A stretch of 64,000 bases of DNA. Origin: Styela clava (taxonomy: Eukaryota). The stretch covers positions 5,208,001 to 5,272,000 of the forward strand of contig NC_135253.1 in the NCBI RefSeq assembly GCF_964204865.1, in the 5' to 3' direction. A program made the translations under genes and the position numbers. Shown one piece after another: positions 1 through 13,339 of this stretch. How positions within the stretch are numbered: the first letter of the stretch is position 1; each line of letters opens with the position of its first letter. The notes under the pieces were generated by a model. The model searched no databases. It saw only the letters and a program-made list of their open reading frames with translations, and had not been told where the DNA came from.

Positions 1-1563
1 AAGTATTTCAAACATAAGCTGACTGGTCAATATCAGCAAAATATTCACGGTTTATGAGCAGAGTTATTTACAATTCGGAATCTGATTTGAAAATAATAAG
101 CGTTGTATATACATTGCATCTAATCTCAACAAGAAGTCTGTGTTTAGTTAAGGCAATAAACTATTTGAAAGGAAATTATAGGAGGTTGAAATGCCTGGTT
201 TTATGAAAGGTGATTTAATAGCATTTATTTCATTTTTCGGTATAACCTTACAAAATTATTTCCATAGGCGAGATAAAAAATTTCAGATCGCTGACAAACG
301 GAGAGATACTGAATTGGAAGTAAAATAAACATAAATCTAAAATATTGCATCTATTTCAGCTAAATTTTTTGGAAAAAGCAATGTTCCATAAGCTTTCCAA
401 AAATGAAAATCTGAATATACAACTCAAATTACGAGATTATACAATCAATCAAAATTGGAATAAAAAGCGAGGTCGACTTCTGATTACGTAAAATTTCCGA
501 GACCTAATGAGTTTTTTGTTATCTGATTTTCGGGACCTAGAAGCACGTATCTGTGGTTATGTAATCTCAGCAATATTCAATATAAAAGTTGGTGTTAATT
601 ATTTGATAATAAACAGCTCTCATGTGAAAATGTTAATTTGAACAAAGGATATTATTCGTCTTGAAAATTTGTAAATCCAACAAAATAACTGCAGATGAAC
701 AGTGTGTGAGAATAGGGATCCTTGTATTGTTGCATGTGCAGCTATGTTATTGAATCAATGTATCATTTTTTGAAGATACTTTTAATCATATATTTGACTA
801 TATACCAACGACTATTCTAGTTTAATTTTCTTCTTCTTCAACTTTTGGGTTTGTTTTCAATGTAGATCTTTTTTCACACTTTCGTTAAATAACAAGAATG
901 GGACTTCAGTTTTCTCTTTTTCTTTTACAGTTTGATTTTTCACCAAGATTTCGTCATCACGTATTCAGCTTACCAGAGAAATGTGGTTGAACTGATATAC
1001 AATCACTAAAAGGCACTCTTATCGCGATTTAACATGATCTCAATCGCATGAATTCAGTTTACAATCCTAACTAAATTCACTCATATCATACAACCACTGA
1101 GATCACATACCAAAGTAGCACCGAAAAGTTGATTTAGTTTAGACATTAGTGCGCTCGTAGTAGCTTGTAACTCATAATGCAACTTTCCTAGCGACTCGAA
1201 AGGCTTGTTAGCGACAAGACTATTTTAAGTGTGTCAATCTAGCTAAGATTTTTCTCTTATTAACGTCACGGCTCGAGAACCAGAGACTACAGTCTAGTAA
1301 AGTCTCTCGCATAGTGCTAAAACGATCTTTTTAACGACACAATGATGATGTTCCTGGCATTCTTGGACAATGAGATATGATGAAAATTATAAAGGGGTGT
1401 CAAAAGTCCCTGAGGCCACACATTGGATGATTTCAAGTAAACCTCACCTGAAAAACAGGTCATCGCAAAGGATTTTTGATGATGTTTTGTCGGTCCATAT
1501 ATGCTAATACTATCACAGAGCTCACTTTACAGTAGTATTGTAGTTACATAACAACTAATTTGG

Positions 1564-1742
1564 AAACGAGAATATCGGTCGGAGACCGAAGACTTATCGA
1601 TCGAAGCGGCTGTTTCGATTCATGACTCTATAGTGACACCGCGTTTCCTATCACAAATCAATTAATAACTCGCTAATTATACGACATAATTCATCCAAAA
1701 TCAATAGGCTTATGATCCAAGATATAATGAATGCACATGCAA
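1564..1742 (-). mobile_element. HINE/DINE-1-like non-autonomous Helentron, 3' fragment (family 1)
   Basis: Diverged reverse complement of 2234-2412, including subterminal repeat GATCGATAAGT and 3' hairpin TCGGTC-tcc-GACCGA. Confidence 0.7.
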
Positions 1743-1814
1743 GAGTGAACGGGGGACTGGCAGGTCTGAGACGGTCTACGAATAAGCAATATATATACTG
1801 GAACATATCACTTA

Positions 1815-2412
1815 TTACTTATCGATCTTAAGATTGGTAAGTATGTTGATAGGTATTTGTCTGTCTGTTTGTTACTTATCGATTTTAATCGGTAAGTGTG
1901 TTGATAGGTATTTGTCTGTTTGTTTGTCTGTCTGTCTGTTAGATGCACGCGATATCTCACGAAAGCGAGATTGAATCTACTCCAGATTTTGCATGTGCAT
2001 TCATCATATGTCGGACCAGAAGCCTATTGCTTTTGGACGAATTATGTCGTATAGTCAGCGAGTTATTATTTAATTAGTGATGGGACACAAGGTGTCACTA
2101 GTGAGTAAGAGCGCTGTTTTGGGGGATCCCCTAACTTTTGATCAATAAGTCTTCGGTCTCTGACCGATATTCTCGTATCTCTGTTAGATGAACACGATAT
2201 CTCACGAAGGCGAGGTAGAATCTGCTTCAAGTTTTGCATGTGCATTCATCATATCTCGGACCAGAAGCCTACTGATTTTGGATAATTTATGCCGTATAAT
2301 TAGCGAGTTAATAATTAATTAGTGATGGGACACGCGGTGTCACTATAGAGTCATGAATCGAAACCGCAGTTTCGATCGATAAGTCTTCGGTCTCCGACCA
2401 ATATTCTCGTTT
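1815..2412 (+). mobile_element. Two nested HINE/DINE-1-like elements (inner copy 1872-2176), family 1
   Basis: 5' TT-ACTTATCGAT subterminal repeat with palindrome, (GTCT)n microsatellite, 3' GATC(G/A)ATAAGT plus stem-loop and TT end, which is the established Helentron/HINE layout. Confidence 0.75.
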
Positions 2413-2891
2413 ACCATTTTATTTGCTATAGTATAATGAATTTTAATTAGATAACATTTTTGTATTATTTTCCATTACTGATGAAGACTTTTTTATGAAT
2501 TTCTATCATAAATATGAGTCACAGATCATTGGTACTACACATCTTGTGGAGCTTTCATAGAATCAAAGTCAGATTGCTCCTTATAATGTAGTTGACAATG
2601 GGAAATATTTCTCCCAGTGTTTGTAGTTCTGCATAGAATCTTATACGGTTCTAGCTCTCGTAGGATTTTCTATTAAAAAGTTGACGATAAAAGCATGCGC
2701 ATAGGGGCAGTTAAGTGTAAAGTTTGTACTATCCTTCACTGATTCTATGCTCGATCATATGGAATAAACACTACGAGACACATTATTACAGCATTTAATC
2801 AAATCCACAGATAATTCAAATCATTCGTGGATATGAATGTTCAATTACACATGAAACAAAATTTATGCAGAAATTCCATATTTTTAAATTT

Positions 2892-4196
2892 TCAGAAATC
2901 CGTTCCTCCATAAAGACGATAATCTCTGCAGTCGCATCCACACGGTGTCTGAAATTAGTTTAGAATTTTAGAACCATTTTAGTATATATATGTATATCAT
3001 TGAAAATAAAAAAATAATTTGAGAATCCATTCGATTTCATGATCAAGTCAGTATTTCTTAGCCGATGGTTCGCATGAAAACCCTCATAGGTCAGTTGTTT
3101 TTTCAAGGAAGACTCGGAAGTTTTTCATTCATTTTTTAGTATTTTTTATTGTTTATTGAAGATTTGGTATTGAAGTGTTGCTCAATAGTAATTATATAAG
3201 TATCACAGCGTAAAATTTGACAGCTTCTATATTTCTACGTAAGTAAGTATATTTCTACGATCAGGATTCAGTTTTGCGGGCATAAAAGCACTACGTGCCA
3301 TTTAGTATATGAGCATTTCTTTGGGGTCGCGAGATTTCACAAATTTAAGTTTTTAAAATATTGAACTAATCAATCATGATAAGTACAGGCCTTTAAAACA
3401 ACATTTCCTTTGTTTAACTTTCCGTTTTCCTCGTAGATTGTGCGTATGTCACGGAAGCACCAAATAGTGAAACATTCACACGACGATTTTTCGACATCTT
3501 TTTCTGGCGTATGATACCATTTAAATATTTTATTCGGAGGTTTCGGATAAAAATGTGGTTTCCCATCTTTTGGTGTTTCCTTGTGATCATGGAGTTTTTC
3601 AAACTTACAGCTTGCTTTCATTTTTCTTAAAAATATATTTATTCACATCATATCCTAAAATATGACAATTTTTAAAAATTTCGCACGTAGCGTAAATACA
3701 CATTCATAGGGTATTTTGAAATACAATTCAGGTGAACTGAGCATTTTTTCTTTATTTTCAATGGCCTGTCACTATTTCTATTAAAATATCCATATCCACT
3801 TGTTGTTAATTCCACCCTTTTTTTCTTAGTTTTCATTAAAAAAAATATTTTACACAAAACGCTTGGTCATATTGAGGACATTGTGTATTCATATCGACCA
3901 ATATTATTTTTAAGCTAATCATAATAATGTCGAATCATATATTTTAACATAGGTATTCAATTCTCCTCTATTAATATTAATTAACAAAGAACTTACTTGC
4001 ATTCAACTGCAGCGTGAGGGAAAGGCTTATATAATCGAACTACCCTTCTGCAATTTGTTGAACCGTAGAAGGATTTCAGAATACATTTTCTCTCGTCGCA
4101 ACCAGTACCCCAGTGACCAGTGAAACCTTTTGGGACAGGACATGAATCTTTCGGGTGAGGGAATTTCTTGTGCATGAAATCATTTCATTATGTGCT
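2892..4196 (-). pseudogene. Unknown Cys-rich gene, copy 1, probably degenerate
   Basis: Exon-like pieces: about 3997-4196 (KDSCPVPKGFTGHWGTGCDERKC..., acceptor tttttgtag, donor gtaagt), 3370-3654 (..DVEKSSCECFTIWCFR..), 2892-2948 (tttcag|TPCGCDCRDYRLYGGTDF*). I could not join them into one intact frame. Confidence 0.45.
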
Positions 4197-5329
4197 CTAC
4201 AAAAAATGTAAAATATCATTTTCATTATGAAAAATAGTCACTTTTCTTGATAGGATGTCTTTTTGAAATAAATATATAATATGTTTAGTATACAATTTAT
4301 GTTGTTGTTCAATCTGAAGATTTTGATGATAGTATACGGAAATATACTTGCCTGCCAAGATATGGTAATTTTTATTTGAATGCGTACGTCAATTAAATAT
4401 TAAACAAATGCGTAGGAATATAAATTTTATGTGGTCCAACGGCAATATAAACAACTTCAAATGAAGAATACAAATTACTTGAACTTTCTGCATTCTGGAG
4501 TATTTTTAAAATCAAGTCCGTTTTCTTTCGGAAATTCAAACTTTCTTGCAAGGTCCTCCGTAAACTGAAAATGGGATTTGAATATGAAATAATTTTTTTC
4601 GTGTTCAATTATAATAATCGTCGTATTGACCTCGGTATTTTAGTTGGTGCTATACCGCACGATAACTAAATACAAAACGTACAAACTGGCATACCTCAGG
4701 ATCGAATGTATCATAGAAATCTACAAGACTGACTTCATTCTCCCACGTTTTTCCTCTCACTCCAAAAAAAAGTATAACGAAAATTATCAACTCCATTGTT
4801 TAATATGTTGTTTTACACAAGGTTCTGAAACATAAGAAAATCGTAATTGAATATTTCTGATTTTAAACCTACATTTTACGACTCAAATGCGAGAAAAACT
4901 CTATATCAAACGAAATCGACTAATAAATTATCAATAGTAAACAACTTTTATCAAATATTATTTTTATGACAACTATATATGTTCCATTTTCTCAACACAT
5001 TTTGAAGTGAAAAGATTTATTTCTAGTTAGTTCAAAAATAACTATTCTCGATCGGCCATTGAAACGATTGGTTCTTGTTATCATACAAAAATCATTAAGT
5101 TGATCCAAATCGGCGAAGGAAAGATTTAATATTGACGAAAAAAGAGACGTGGGCCAATCAGAGATCGCGCGTGATACTCATATTAGGTAGTAAATAAAAA
5201 AAAAAAAGGTTGATTGTTCGTTGAAACTTTCATTTCATAAGTCTTAAAAACCACTTTTGTTATCTAGTTGTTGTGCAACAAACAGCGTTATTGCGGTTTC
5301 TTAAACTTATATACAAATACAACCAACTC

Positions 5330-5620
5330 AAAATACATGTACAGCCATTCGGTTGATATACAGGGGAAGCCAATGTATACAGACATTCTATATATAATAT
5401 GCATTTCTTTCAAGAAAGTTACATAAACAGCAATATTCTATATAATGTACATATTCTCAATATACATTCATTAGAGGGAGTTACATGCAAGAGTCAATGC
5501 GCTATTCATATACAGTCAAATCATACACATATACAGCCAACCAAATGTGCATATAGCTAATTCCACATACATATACAGACAATGTCATATGCACATATAA
5601 GACAATGTCATTAGCATATA
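5330..5620. repeat. Degenerate low-complexity tandem repeat (catatacag-like units)
   Basis: Recurrent atatacag / agccaa / aatgtcat motifs. Confidence 0.5.
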
Positions 5621-6340
5621 AACATCGAGTACCCACGTCTCGTCACTTTGTGACAAAGAGATCATACAGGTCACTGGAAAAGACAATTATCAAAATAAAT
5701 ACACAAATCGGTCATGTGATTGTAAACGTTTTATTCTAATCATTTGTCATTGTCTAACTAACATTTAATTTACCGAACTGAAAATAATAGTTTTAGGATC
5801 TCCTCGCAATTCTTGATAAATTATTGTTCGACCGAAACAGGCAAGAAATACAACCTTTGAGGAATCATTCTTTGCGTATACCCACTTCCACACAATCTTT
5901 TATATTTTAGATCAATCACTGTTACAGGTGTATTCAGTCATGGTTTAGTCTTGTTCATGTTTAATAATAAAACTCGGAATTAACCTATCCCGATAACCTT
6001 CTCAAAAAAAGGTTTTGATCCATTGGATATTGAAAACGTGATACCTATTTGTGAGTCGAGTATTTATAGGAAATAGGTTAAACAATTTCCACAACCACAA
6101 AATTCCACATGGCGTCATGAATTTTTGTCGAAATGAATCGATAACATTTTCCATACTAATACATCAGGATGAAAATTAGCATGTACGTATGCTATATATC
6201 AATCTTCTTACCCTGATTTACATTACATGACAAACTTGACTGTACTTTAATAATGTTAAATTAGTTTTTATATTGGCGATATTTGCATTTGAAATGTCAT
6301 TATTCATTTGGAGGGGGAAAAGATGTTTGATCATGGACCG

Positions 6341-8845
6341 AAAATATTTCAAACTCAAGCCGACTGGCCAGGCAAGTAGAAAACCAAAAAACATTTACAG
6401 TTTATGGGCAGAGTTATTTACAATTCAGGATCTGAAATTGAAAACGATAAGCATTCAATGTAATCTCAACAACAGGGTTATCTTTTGAAAAATGCAATAA
6501 AATTGAAAGGGAAATTTTGAAAATATGAAATGTTTTATTTTGAAAAGTCATCTAATAGCATTAATTTCATTTTCTTTTTTTCCTGCATAAACTTTCAATG
6601 TTATTTCAATATGCGAGATAAAAATCACCAGTTCGCTGACAAATGGAAGGTTACTAAATTCGGAGTAACATAAAACTATCTACTTGAAAAATATTGCATT
6701 TATTTCAGCTGAATTCTTTGGCAAAAGCAATCTTTCATTAGCTTCTCAAAAGTGAAAATCAGAATATACCACTTAAACTACTAGATTATATAAGCATCAG
6801 AATTGCAATAAAAAGCGAGGTGGTCGACTTCTGATTACGTAAAATTTCAAATGTAGATTGAAATCACTTGTGCCTTTTCTGGAGTTCATAAGACTCAATT
6901 AAAGAGTTTTTGTTTTCTGGTTTTCGTGCACTTAGCAGCGCGTATCTGCGGTTATGTAATCCAAGCAATGTGAATATAAAATGTAGTATTAATTATTTGA
7001 TAATAAACAGGTCTCATGTGAAAATGTTAATTTGAGCAGAGGAAATTATTTGTCATGCAAATTTGTAAAACCAACCAGATCACGGCAGATAAGCAGTGCA
7101 GAAAAAAAAGTAAGGTATTCTTGTATTGTTGAATAATATGCTGTGTTACAGAAATATTATTGAATCATATATTGTACTATATTATTGAGTATTTTAGTTT
7201 AATTTTCTTTTTTGTACGTTTTTGCAACTTTCGGGTATGTTTTCTCTGTCCATCTTTGTTCACATTTTTATTAAATAACAAGGATCAGACTTCAATTTTC
7301 TCTTTTGTAAATACAGTTTGATTTTTCACCAAGATCTCGTCATTAAACCGCTCGTATGTATTCATATTACCTGAAAAATATGATTGCACTGACATACGAA
7401 CGCTAAAAGGCACCACTCTTATCGCGATTGAGGTATCGTAGAATTAATTAATTGTCTGACAAGTAATGGTGTATTAAAGTATGAAATCTCATGAATACAT
7501 AAATGCGTGATGAGATATTATCAGATAATAAACACACACAAGCGTCAATGAGGTTCACATATTTGTGAAATAAATTACAAACAAAATACCAAAGGCCTAA
7601 ATAGTTCCTCCGTTCGGTTTTACGGAAAATGTATAAAATTAAATGTTATTTTCGAACAATATTTTACTGCCTAGTTAATTTTGAACGCGCATTTCACCTA
7701 GATTGGCAGACAAGATTGTTGCGCAACACTCAAAATAGTCTTGTCGTTAACAACCAATTGATTTGCTAGGAAATTTGCATTTTGAGTAACAATCTACTAA
7801 GAACGCACGCAAAGGATTTGTGCTGATAATGTTTGTCGATCCATGTATGCTGATCACAGAGTTCACTTTGCAGTAGTATAATAAATTTCAATTGGGTAAC
7901 ACTTTTGTATTATCGTCATATACGGTTCTGCCTTCCTCGTAAGATTTTCTATTAAAAAGTTAAACGATAAAAGCTTGCGCATACAGGCAGTTAAGTGTCA
8001 GGTTTGAACTATCCTCCACTGATTCCATGCTCCATCATAAGGGATAACTAATAAGCACTACGAGACACATTATTACTGCATTTTATTTAATTCACAGATA
8101 ATTCAAATCATTTATGGATATGAATGTTCAACTTCAAATGAAACAAAATTATGCAGAAATTCCATATTTTTGGATTTTTAGAAATCTGTTCCATCACAAA
8201 GACGATAATCTCTGCAGTCGCATCCACACGGTGTCTGAAAATAGTTAAGAATTTCAGAACCATTTTAATATTATCAATATTACAAATAGAAGGCTCAAGA
8301 CAATCAAGCATCGGATATGCGGAATAATAGTGCTTAAATAAAAGCGCAGTAAAATCCAAAGGATCTACGATTACGCCACGATCTCAAAAACTTCCAGCTG
8401 ACAGACCAGCAAATCTTTCTCACTTTGAAGTAATTTCTGCTAAAATAAATGTTTTGTAAAATTGCTCGTTTAATAATTTAATTTTACGACCCCAAGAGCA
8501 CTGCGTGAGCTTATCTTTGGTGTCAAGTGATTTTACAAATTTGAGTTTTTAAAATATTCGGGTCGATTGAATAAGCATTGAACTAATCAATTACGATAAC
8601 TACGAATCTTCATAACATCTCCTTCGTATAGCTTTCCGTGTTGGTACATTGTGTGTATTACACGGAAGCACCAGATAGTGAAACATTCACACGATGATTT
8701 TTCGACGTCTTCATCCTATTCATGTCGTAGGATACAATTCAAATTTTTTCTTCGGAGTTTCCGGATACAAATGTAGTTTCTCATCTTTTGGTGTTTCCTT
8801 GTTATAACGGAGTTTATAAGCTTACAGCTTGATTTCGTTTTTTTT
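6341..8845. repeat. Tandem segmental duplication, unit 2
   Basis: Colinear with unit 1; homology stops where the LINE fragment begins. Confidence 0.85.
8178..8845 (-). pseudogene. Unknown Cys-rich gene, copy 2, frameshifted and 5'-truncated
   Basis: 8587-8845 encodes ..KETPKDEKLHLYP.. and, after a frameshift, DVEKSSCECFTIWCFR; 8178-8234 encodes TPCGCDCRDYRLCDGTDF*. Confidence 0.55.
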
Positions 8846-8879
8846 TAAGTAGGCCACGAACCACCGATACTAATCTTTT

Positions 8880-9540
8880 TATACTGTGGTATAAGGTATG
8901 GTATTTCCTTTTCCTGAAAAAATAAAGAGAGTTAGCGGAATACCATGGCCTGTTTAAGATTCTGGAATGTGGATGGAATTAGGAATGCTAAATAAACCTG
9001 GGTTGACCAGCATTATTTTGCTGCCAAGTCTGTATTGAGGCTCTTTATGCCACAATTGTGTGGGATTAACAAGCGAGACCAGTTGATTGAATCGTTCATC
9101 CTGGCAAGCAACTATTATGGTGTTTGTACAAGGAACACCCATTCCACCTATAGATTCATCGTTCCGGGGGATTCGCCTGCCTAAAACTTCCATGGGCTCA
9201 GAGGTCCAGAGAAAAGAAAATATTTCCCTATCTATATATTTAATTGTGTGAGGTGGTATTTCTACCGACCTCGCACTATAGATGAATTGAGACAAGATCA
9301 GGGAATTGATTACCAAGATCTTGCCGTGCCAAGATAGAGATCGGGTCCTATCAAAGTTAATATTGTTTTCTATCTTGGAGATTTTTCACCCCAAGTTAAA
9401 TTGACTCGGTTCCTTCCAAAATGATTACCCGGGATTTTTATATGATCTTTTACAAATACATAATAGGGCAAATAAGAAATCATTTCTTTCGCCCTATCGT
9501 TTGTACAAAGAACGGTGTTTTTAGCTTTATTTATTCCTGA
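8880..9540 (-). mobile_element. Degenerate L1/Tx1-like LINE ORF2 fragment (region downstream of the RT core)
   Basis: SWHGKILVINSLILSQFIY...IDREIFSFLW...SIGGMGVP matches the LSxxGK / FLW / GGLGxP pattern of L1-Tx1 ORF2; flanks are frameshifted. Confidence 0.75.
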
Positions 9541-11049
9541 AAAATAGCATCGATCGAGTATATGTCCGACACAATAAAGTTTGTGTCGTACGGATACTGA
9601 GCTAGTTTATGTGTGTAATTACCTATTCTTATGCATTTAATCCTGTTTTTTGTCGTTATAAGACGGCTAAGCGGCTCCACATTGATGATGTAGATGCGGT
9701 GTTTCCAGACCTTCTTTCACCCACGTACCATTGCGAGGTTTTATGTATATGCAATGCTCGCGTACCACCTACAAAAGTTACGCGCGTCGAAGACAGTCAA
9801 AATTTTCCCATCTTTTATGACGTACTCACAGCGCATTTTATCTATGTGAGGTGTAATAACAAATTCTATCAAACTAAGCAGCATGCATAGACGCAATCAT
9901 TAGAGATAAGAATCTACGCTAGCACTCTCACGTAGAAGGGCAAATTTGCAGTTGGGGAATAGCGTGAGAAGTCAGCGACGAGTTCGAAGACACCATGTTA
10001 AGCCAGAAGTTTATCGGTGAGCAATCCTTGTGTTTTGTCTTTGCTGTTCACAAATTAGCTAAACAGCCGACTATTTAAAGCTGAATCCTAACCTGAGTTC
10101 AGGTTGTGCGCCATCTTGGCGCGCATACTTCAGGAGGTCCAAATTTACTATTTTGATAATGCAGTTCAAGCACGATAGCAACTTCAGTGGAAGCACTGAT
10201 CATTTCGAGTAATATCCGAGATAACTATGATGAACCATGTCAAACGCCTTGAGAATATCAATAGAAACTATGAAATAAAGAATTTCTGGGGCTTATGAGG
10301 CGTTGGGTCAAGAGTTTTGTTATGACGTTGTAGCCGACGTTTAGATTTGAAATAGGTGGCCAATTTTTTCACAAATCTAAAGCGTCGGCTTTCTTATAAA
10401 TTGACACTTACTATTGCTATCAAGACAACGAAATCGCCTTTCTATCAGTAAACGGGGTGATTTAAGATTGTGACTGACGAAAATGTCACCTAATAATAAA
10501 TAAAACTTGCTGAAGAACACCAAGCTCTTTAAAAAACACTATAAATATTATTTGTCTTCTTATTTGGTCAGTAATGTAATCGTTTCTGACTTCACATTTT
10601 TTGTAGTGCTGGGGGGGGCGAAGAAGTTGTAAAAACTACTGTAGGGGGGCGATAGTACAAAAAGTTTGGGAACCACTGCTGTATATGATTCGCAATTAAA
10701 TATACAGTTTACTTGTTACATAGTGGGTTTTACAATATAAGGAGGTCATTACTTGAAATAGACTAGAAAATGGATTACACAATTGAATATAGCCTACATT
10801 TCATCACTTATTACACAATGAATTTTAACAATATAAAAGGTTATAAAGTTAATTTATGAAATAGAACCAAGGAAAAAAGAGACAGTGACAATCACTGAAT
10901 ACTGTAGGCTATATTGGCTACCGACATTCATAAGTACCTATTGATACATACTTGAGAAATGAAATGTTAATACATGATCCACAATTAAATAAGCAATTAA
11001 TAAAGGTATTTATCACTTTTTACACAATGATTTTTAACAATATAAAAAG

Positions 11050-11122
11050 AGGTGCTCCCGAAGTATGCGAACCAAGATGGCGGACATCGGAACGTAACAT
11101 GGGTAACAGGTTAGGGTTAGGC
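11050..11122. mobile_element. Partial GGG-TIR MITE containing TTAGGG units (another fragment at 10083-10140)
   Basis: ggtgctcccgaagtatgcg..aagatggcggac..ggttagggttagg matches the complete copy at 45870-45968. Confidence 0.65.
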
Positions 11123-11395
11123 GATTGATTGGTTATTGAATTGATTTACAACATTCATAAGTATTGATCGGTATGTTAGTCGTTGGTATTGATACATATT
11201 GAAAAAGAACTGAAATATTAATATATGATCCGCAATTAGGTATGCACGGTATGTTAGTCGTTGGGTATGCATGATTAAATATACAGTTCCCTTGTTACAC
11301 AATAAGTTTAACAGTATAGGAAGATTATTTTAAGACTGGAATATTACTGTATGATCCATAATTAAATTGTTGGTCATGAATTGTTTGAACATAAT

Positions 11396-11914
11396 GGACC
11401 TTTCCCCGAGCATCGACTTCTTCGTTTACTTCGTGACATTGGCCAATCAGCAAGATGCAAAAAGTGACGTAACAAAGCCCCCTTTTCGCATCCGCTCAGA
11501 CACTTTTCGCACTCAGACATATTTTCAAACGTGGTTGTAAACATCACCTCGTTTTCGCGTTTTTGAACTCTATTCGTTAGTTTTCAGTTGTGTTTCGGAA
11601 AATTAAATAAAAATCAGATAATTCAATGATCACTCTGTCTTCCTAGGAGTTTTAATTTAATTGCAGTAGCCTAATAAAAATTAGTGTAGAAATACCTGTA
11701 GCTGTGATAGACTAGCCTGAAATTCTTTACCGGTAGGAAACTTTTAATAAACAGATTGTTGTGTGCGATGGATCATAATCATGGTTTGAAACACATACCC
11801 CATTTTACAGGTGCCAACTCGCAAAAGCACTCCTAAAATAGTACTGAAAATTTTGCAATGGTACCGTACCGGTAAAGGTACCGTATAGGAGGAATTTCCG
11901 GGGGTTAAAGGTCC
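11396..11914. mobile_element. Candidate ISL2EU/Harbinger-like MITE
   Basis: AT|GGACCTTT ... AAAGGTCC|AT (8-bp perfect TIR, AT flanks); 11400-11575 recurs inverted at 38700-38875. Confidence 0.5.
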
Positions 11915-12847
11915 ATGGGATTTGGAATCTACCCAATAAAATAACACTCTGAATAGCGATAGGCCTACCACTGAAGTGAAAAAAAAGGAGGCCACGGGCC
12001 ATACGGTAGAAGGTCGAGAACAGCACTACTGCACTGTCATATAGCATAACGTAATCTCCAGCTGGCCGGTTGGTTTTCTTCACCTTTCACGATTGGGGGT
12101 AGTTTATAGCGTGAATATTGTCGTGGTTGAGTTAGCTCATTTAATGGATATGATAGGATTTACATATTTATTTCAATCGTTTGATCGAATTATCCCAATT
12201 TTCCTCAAAAACATCTTTACATTGATTTGTTTTGAATAGTCCTGATACTAAAATGCATACAGTAGTTATTTTGACTGCTGAAATTTTGAAATACATTATT
12301 TTCAAATATCATTTGAACTGATTCTTCAGAAAAATGTTTTAATGAGATAATGTGAAAACTCGAAAGGAATAAATCTTGTATTCGATATACTTGCAGTTCT
12401 GGCATGAATTAGGCTATAGTAGTTATTAGTATTTTATATTTTTCAACTATATTCAATTCAAAAACACATTTCAATTCTGGGCCAAAGTTATATCAGATGG
12501 CTTCTAAATGCCAAGGGAAGATTCAGCGCTGTTTCAGAAAAAAATGTTGCGCAATAATCAATTATATACAATTGATGGTTCGTTACCGGTAAATAGTATG
12601 GTTTCATTGATTTGAATATCGAAGTATCAACAAGATATAGATATGCATTTTTAATTTATATACTGAAAGATTAATTTTGATGCATACATTTCCAGTTGAC
12701 TCAGTTCTGCAGTTATGAATAAGATTATATATTTATCTCAATGGGGGATATAAAGCCAATTACTGCATTCAATTCATGACATTCGACTTTTAACTAGTTC
12801 TTTATGCTTTTTGCAGTTGAAATTGATTACAAAAACTTATAAAAATA

Positions 12848-13339
12848 ATGTCAGTGACGTTGCACACAGATCTTGGGGATATAAAAGTTGAACTTCATTG
12901 CGAACAAGCACCGAAGTCATGTGAAAATTTCCTAGCCTTATGTGCTAGTAACTATTATGATTCGTCTTTGTTTCATCGTAATATAAAAGGATTCATGATA
13001 CAGACTGGCGATCCCACAGGTACAGGGAAAGGTGGGACAAGTATATGGAATAGAAAATATGAAGATGAAATTTGCGAATCATTAAGACATAATAGTCGTG
13101 GTGTAATTTCAATGGCAAATAGTGGACCAAATACGAATGGATCACAATTTTTTATTACATATGGAAAACAACCACATTTAGACACAAAATACACAATCAT
13201 AGGTCGTATTATTGACGGACTTGAGATTCTGGACGACCTTGAAAAGCTTCCTGTGGAAGAGAAAACATACAGACCCATGACTGATGTTAGGATACAAAGA
13301 GTAACAATTCATGCTAATCCTATTGCTGATGCATGTTAA
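12848..13339 (+). CDS. PPIL3: Peptidyl-prolyl cis-trans isomerase-like 3 (cyclophilin), single coding exon, 163 aa
   Basis: MSVTLHTDLGDIK...CENFLALCASNYY..FHRNIKGFMIQTGDPTGTGKGG..SMANSGPNTNGSQFFITY..HANPIA is the recognisable PPIL3 sequence; splice acceptor ends at 12815; AATAAA at 13346 and 13607. Confidence 0.97.
   Translation: MSVTLHTDLGDIKVELHCEQAPKSCENFLALCASNYYDSSLFHRNIKGFMIQTGDPTGTGKGGTSIWNRKYEDEICESLRHNSRGVISMANSGPNTNGSQFFITYGKQPHLDTKYTIIGRIIDGLEILDDLEKLPVEEKTYRPMTDVRIQRVTIHANPIADAC

Larger units (their letters stand above)
1..3630. repeat. Tandem segmental duplication, unit 1 (starts before the window)
   Basis: 1-1540 and 2430-3630 align colinearly by eye with 6341-8845 (shared gcagagttatttacaattc, gtcgacttctgattacgtaaaattt, gacgataatctctgcagtcgcatccacacggtgtctgaaa). 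The HINE block 1564-2412 is absent from unit 2. Confidence 0.85.

Noticed and set aside
6080-6160. YGKCYRFIS motif suggestive of a C-type lectin exon on the minus strand
   Set aside because: Short match followed by an early stop, with no other lectin motifs.
12973-13278. 101-aa antisense ORF inside PPIL3
   Set aside because: Shadow of the real CDS with no independent signals.
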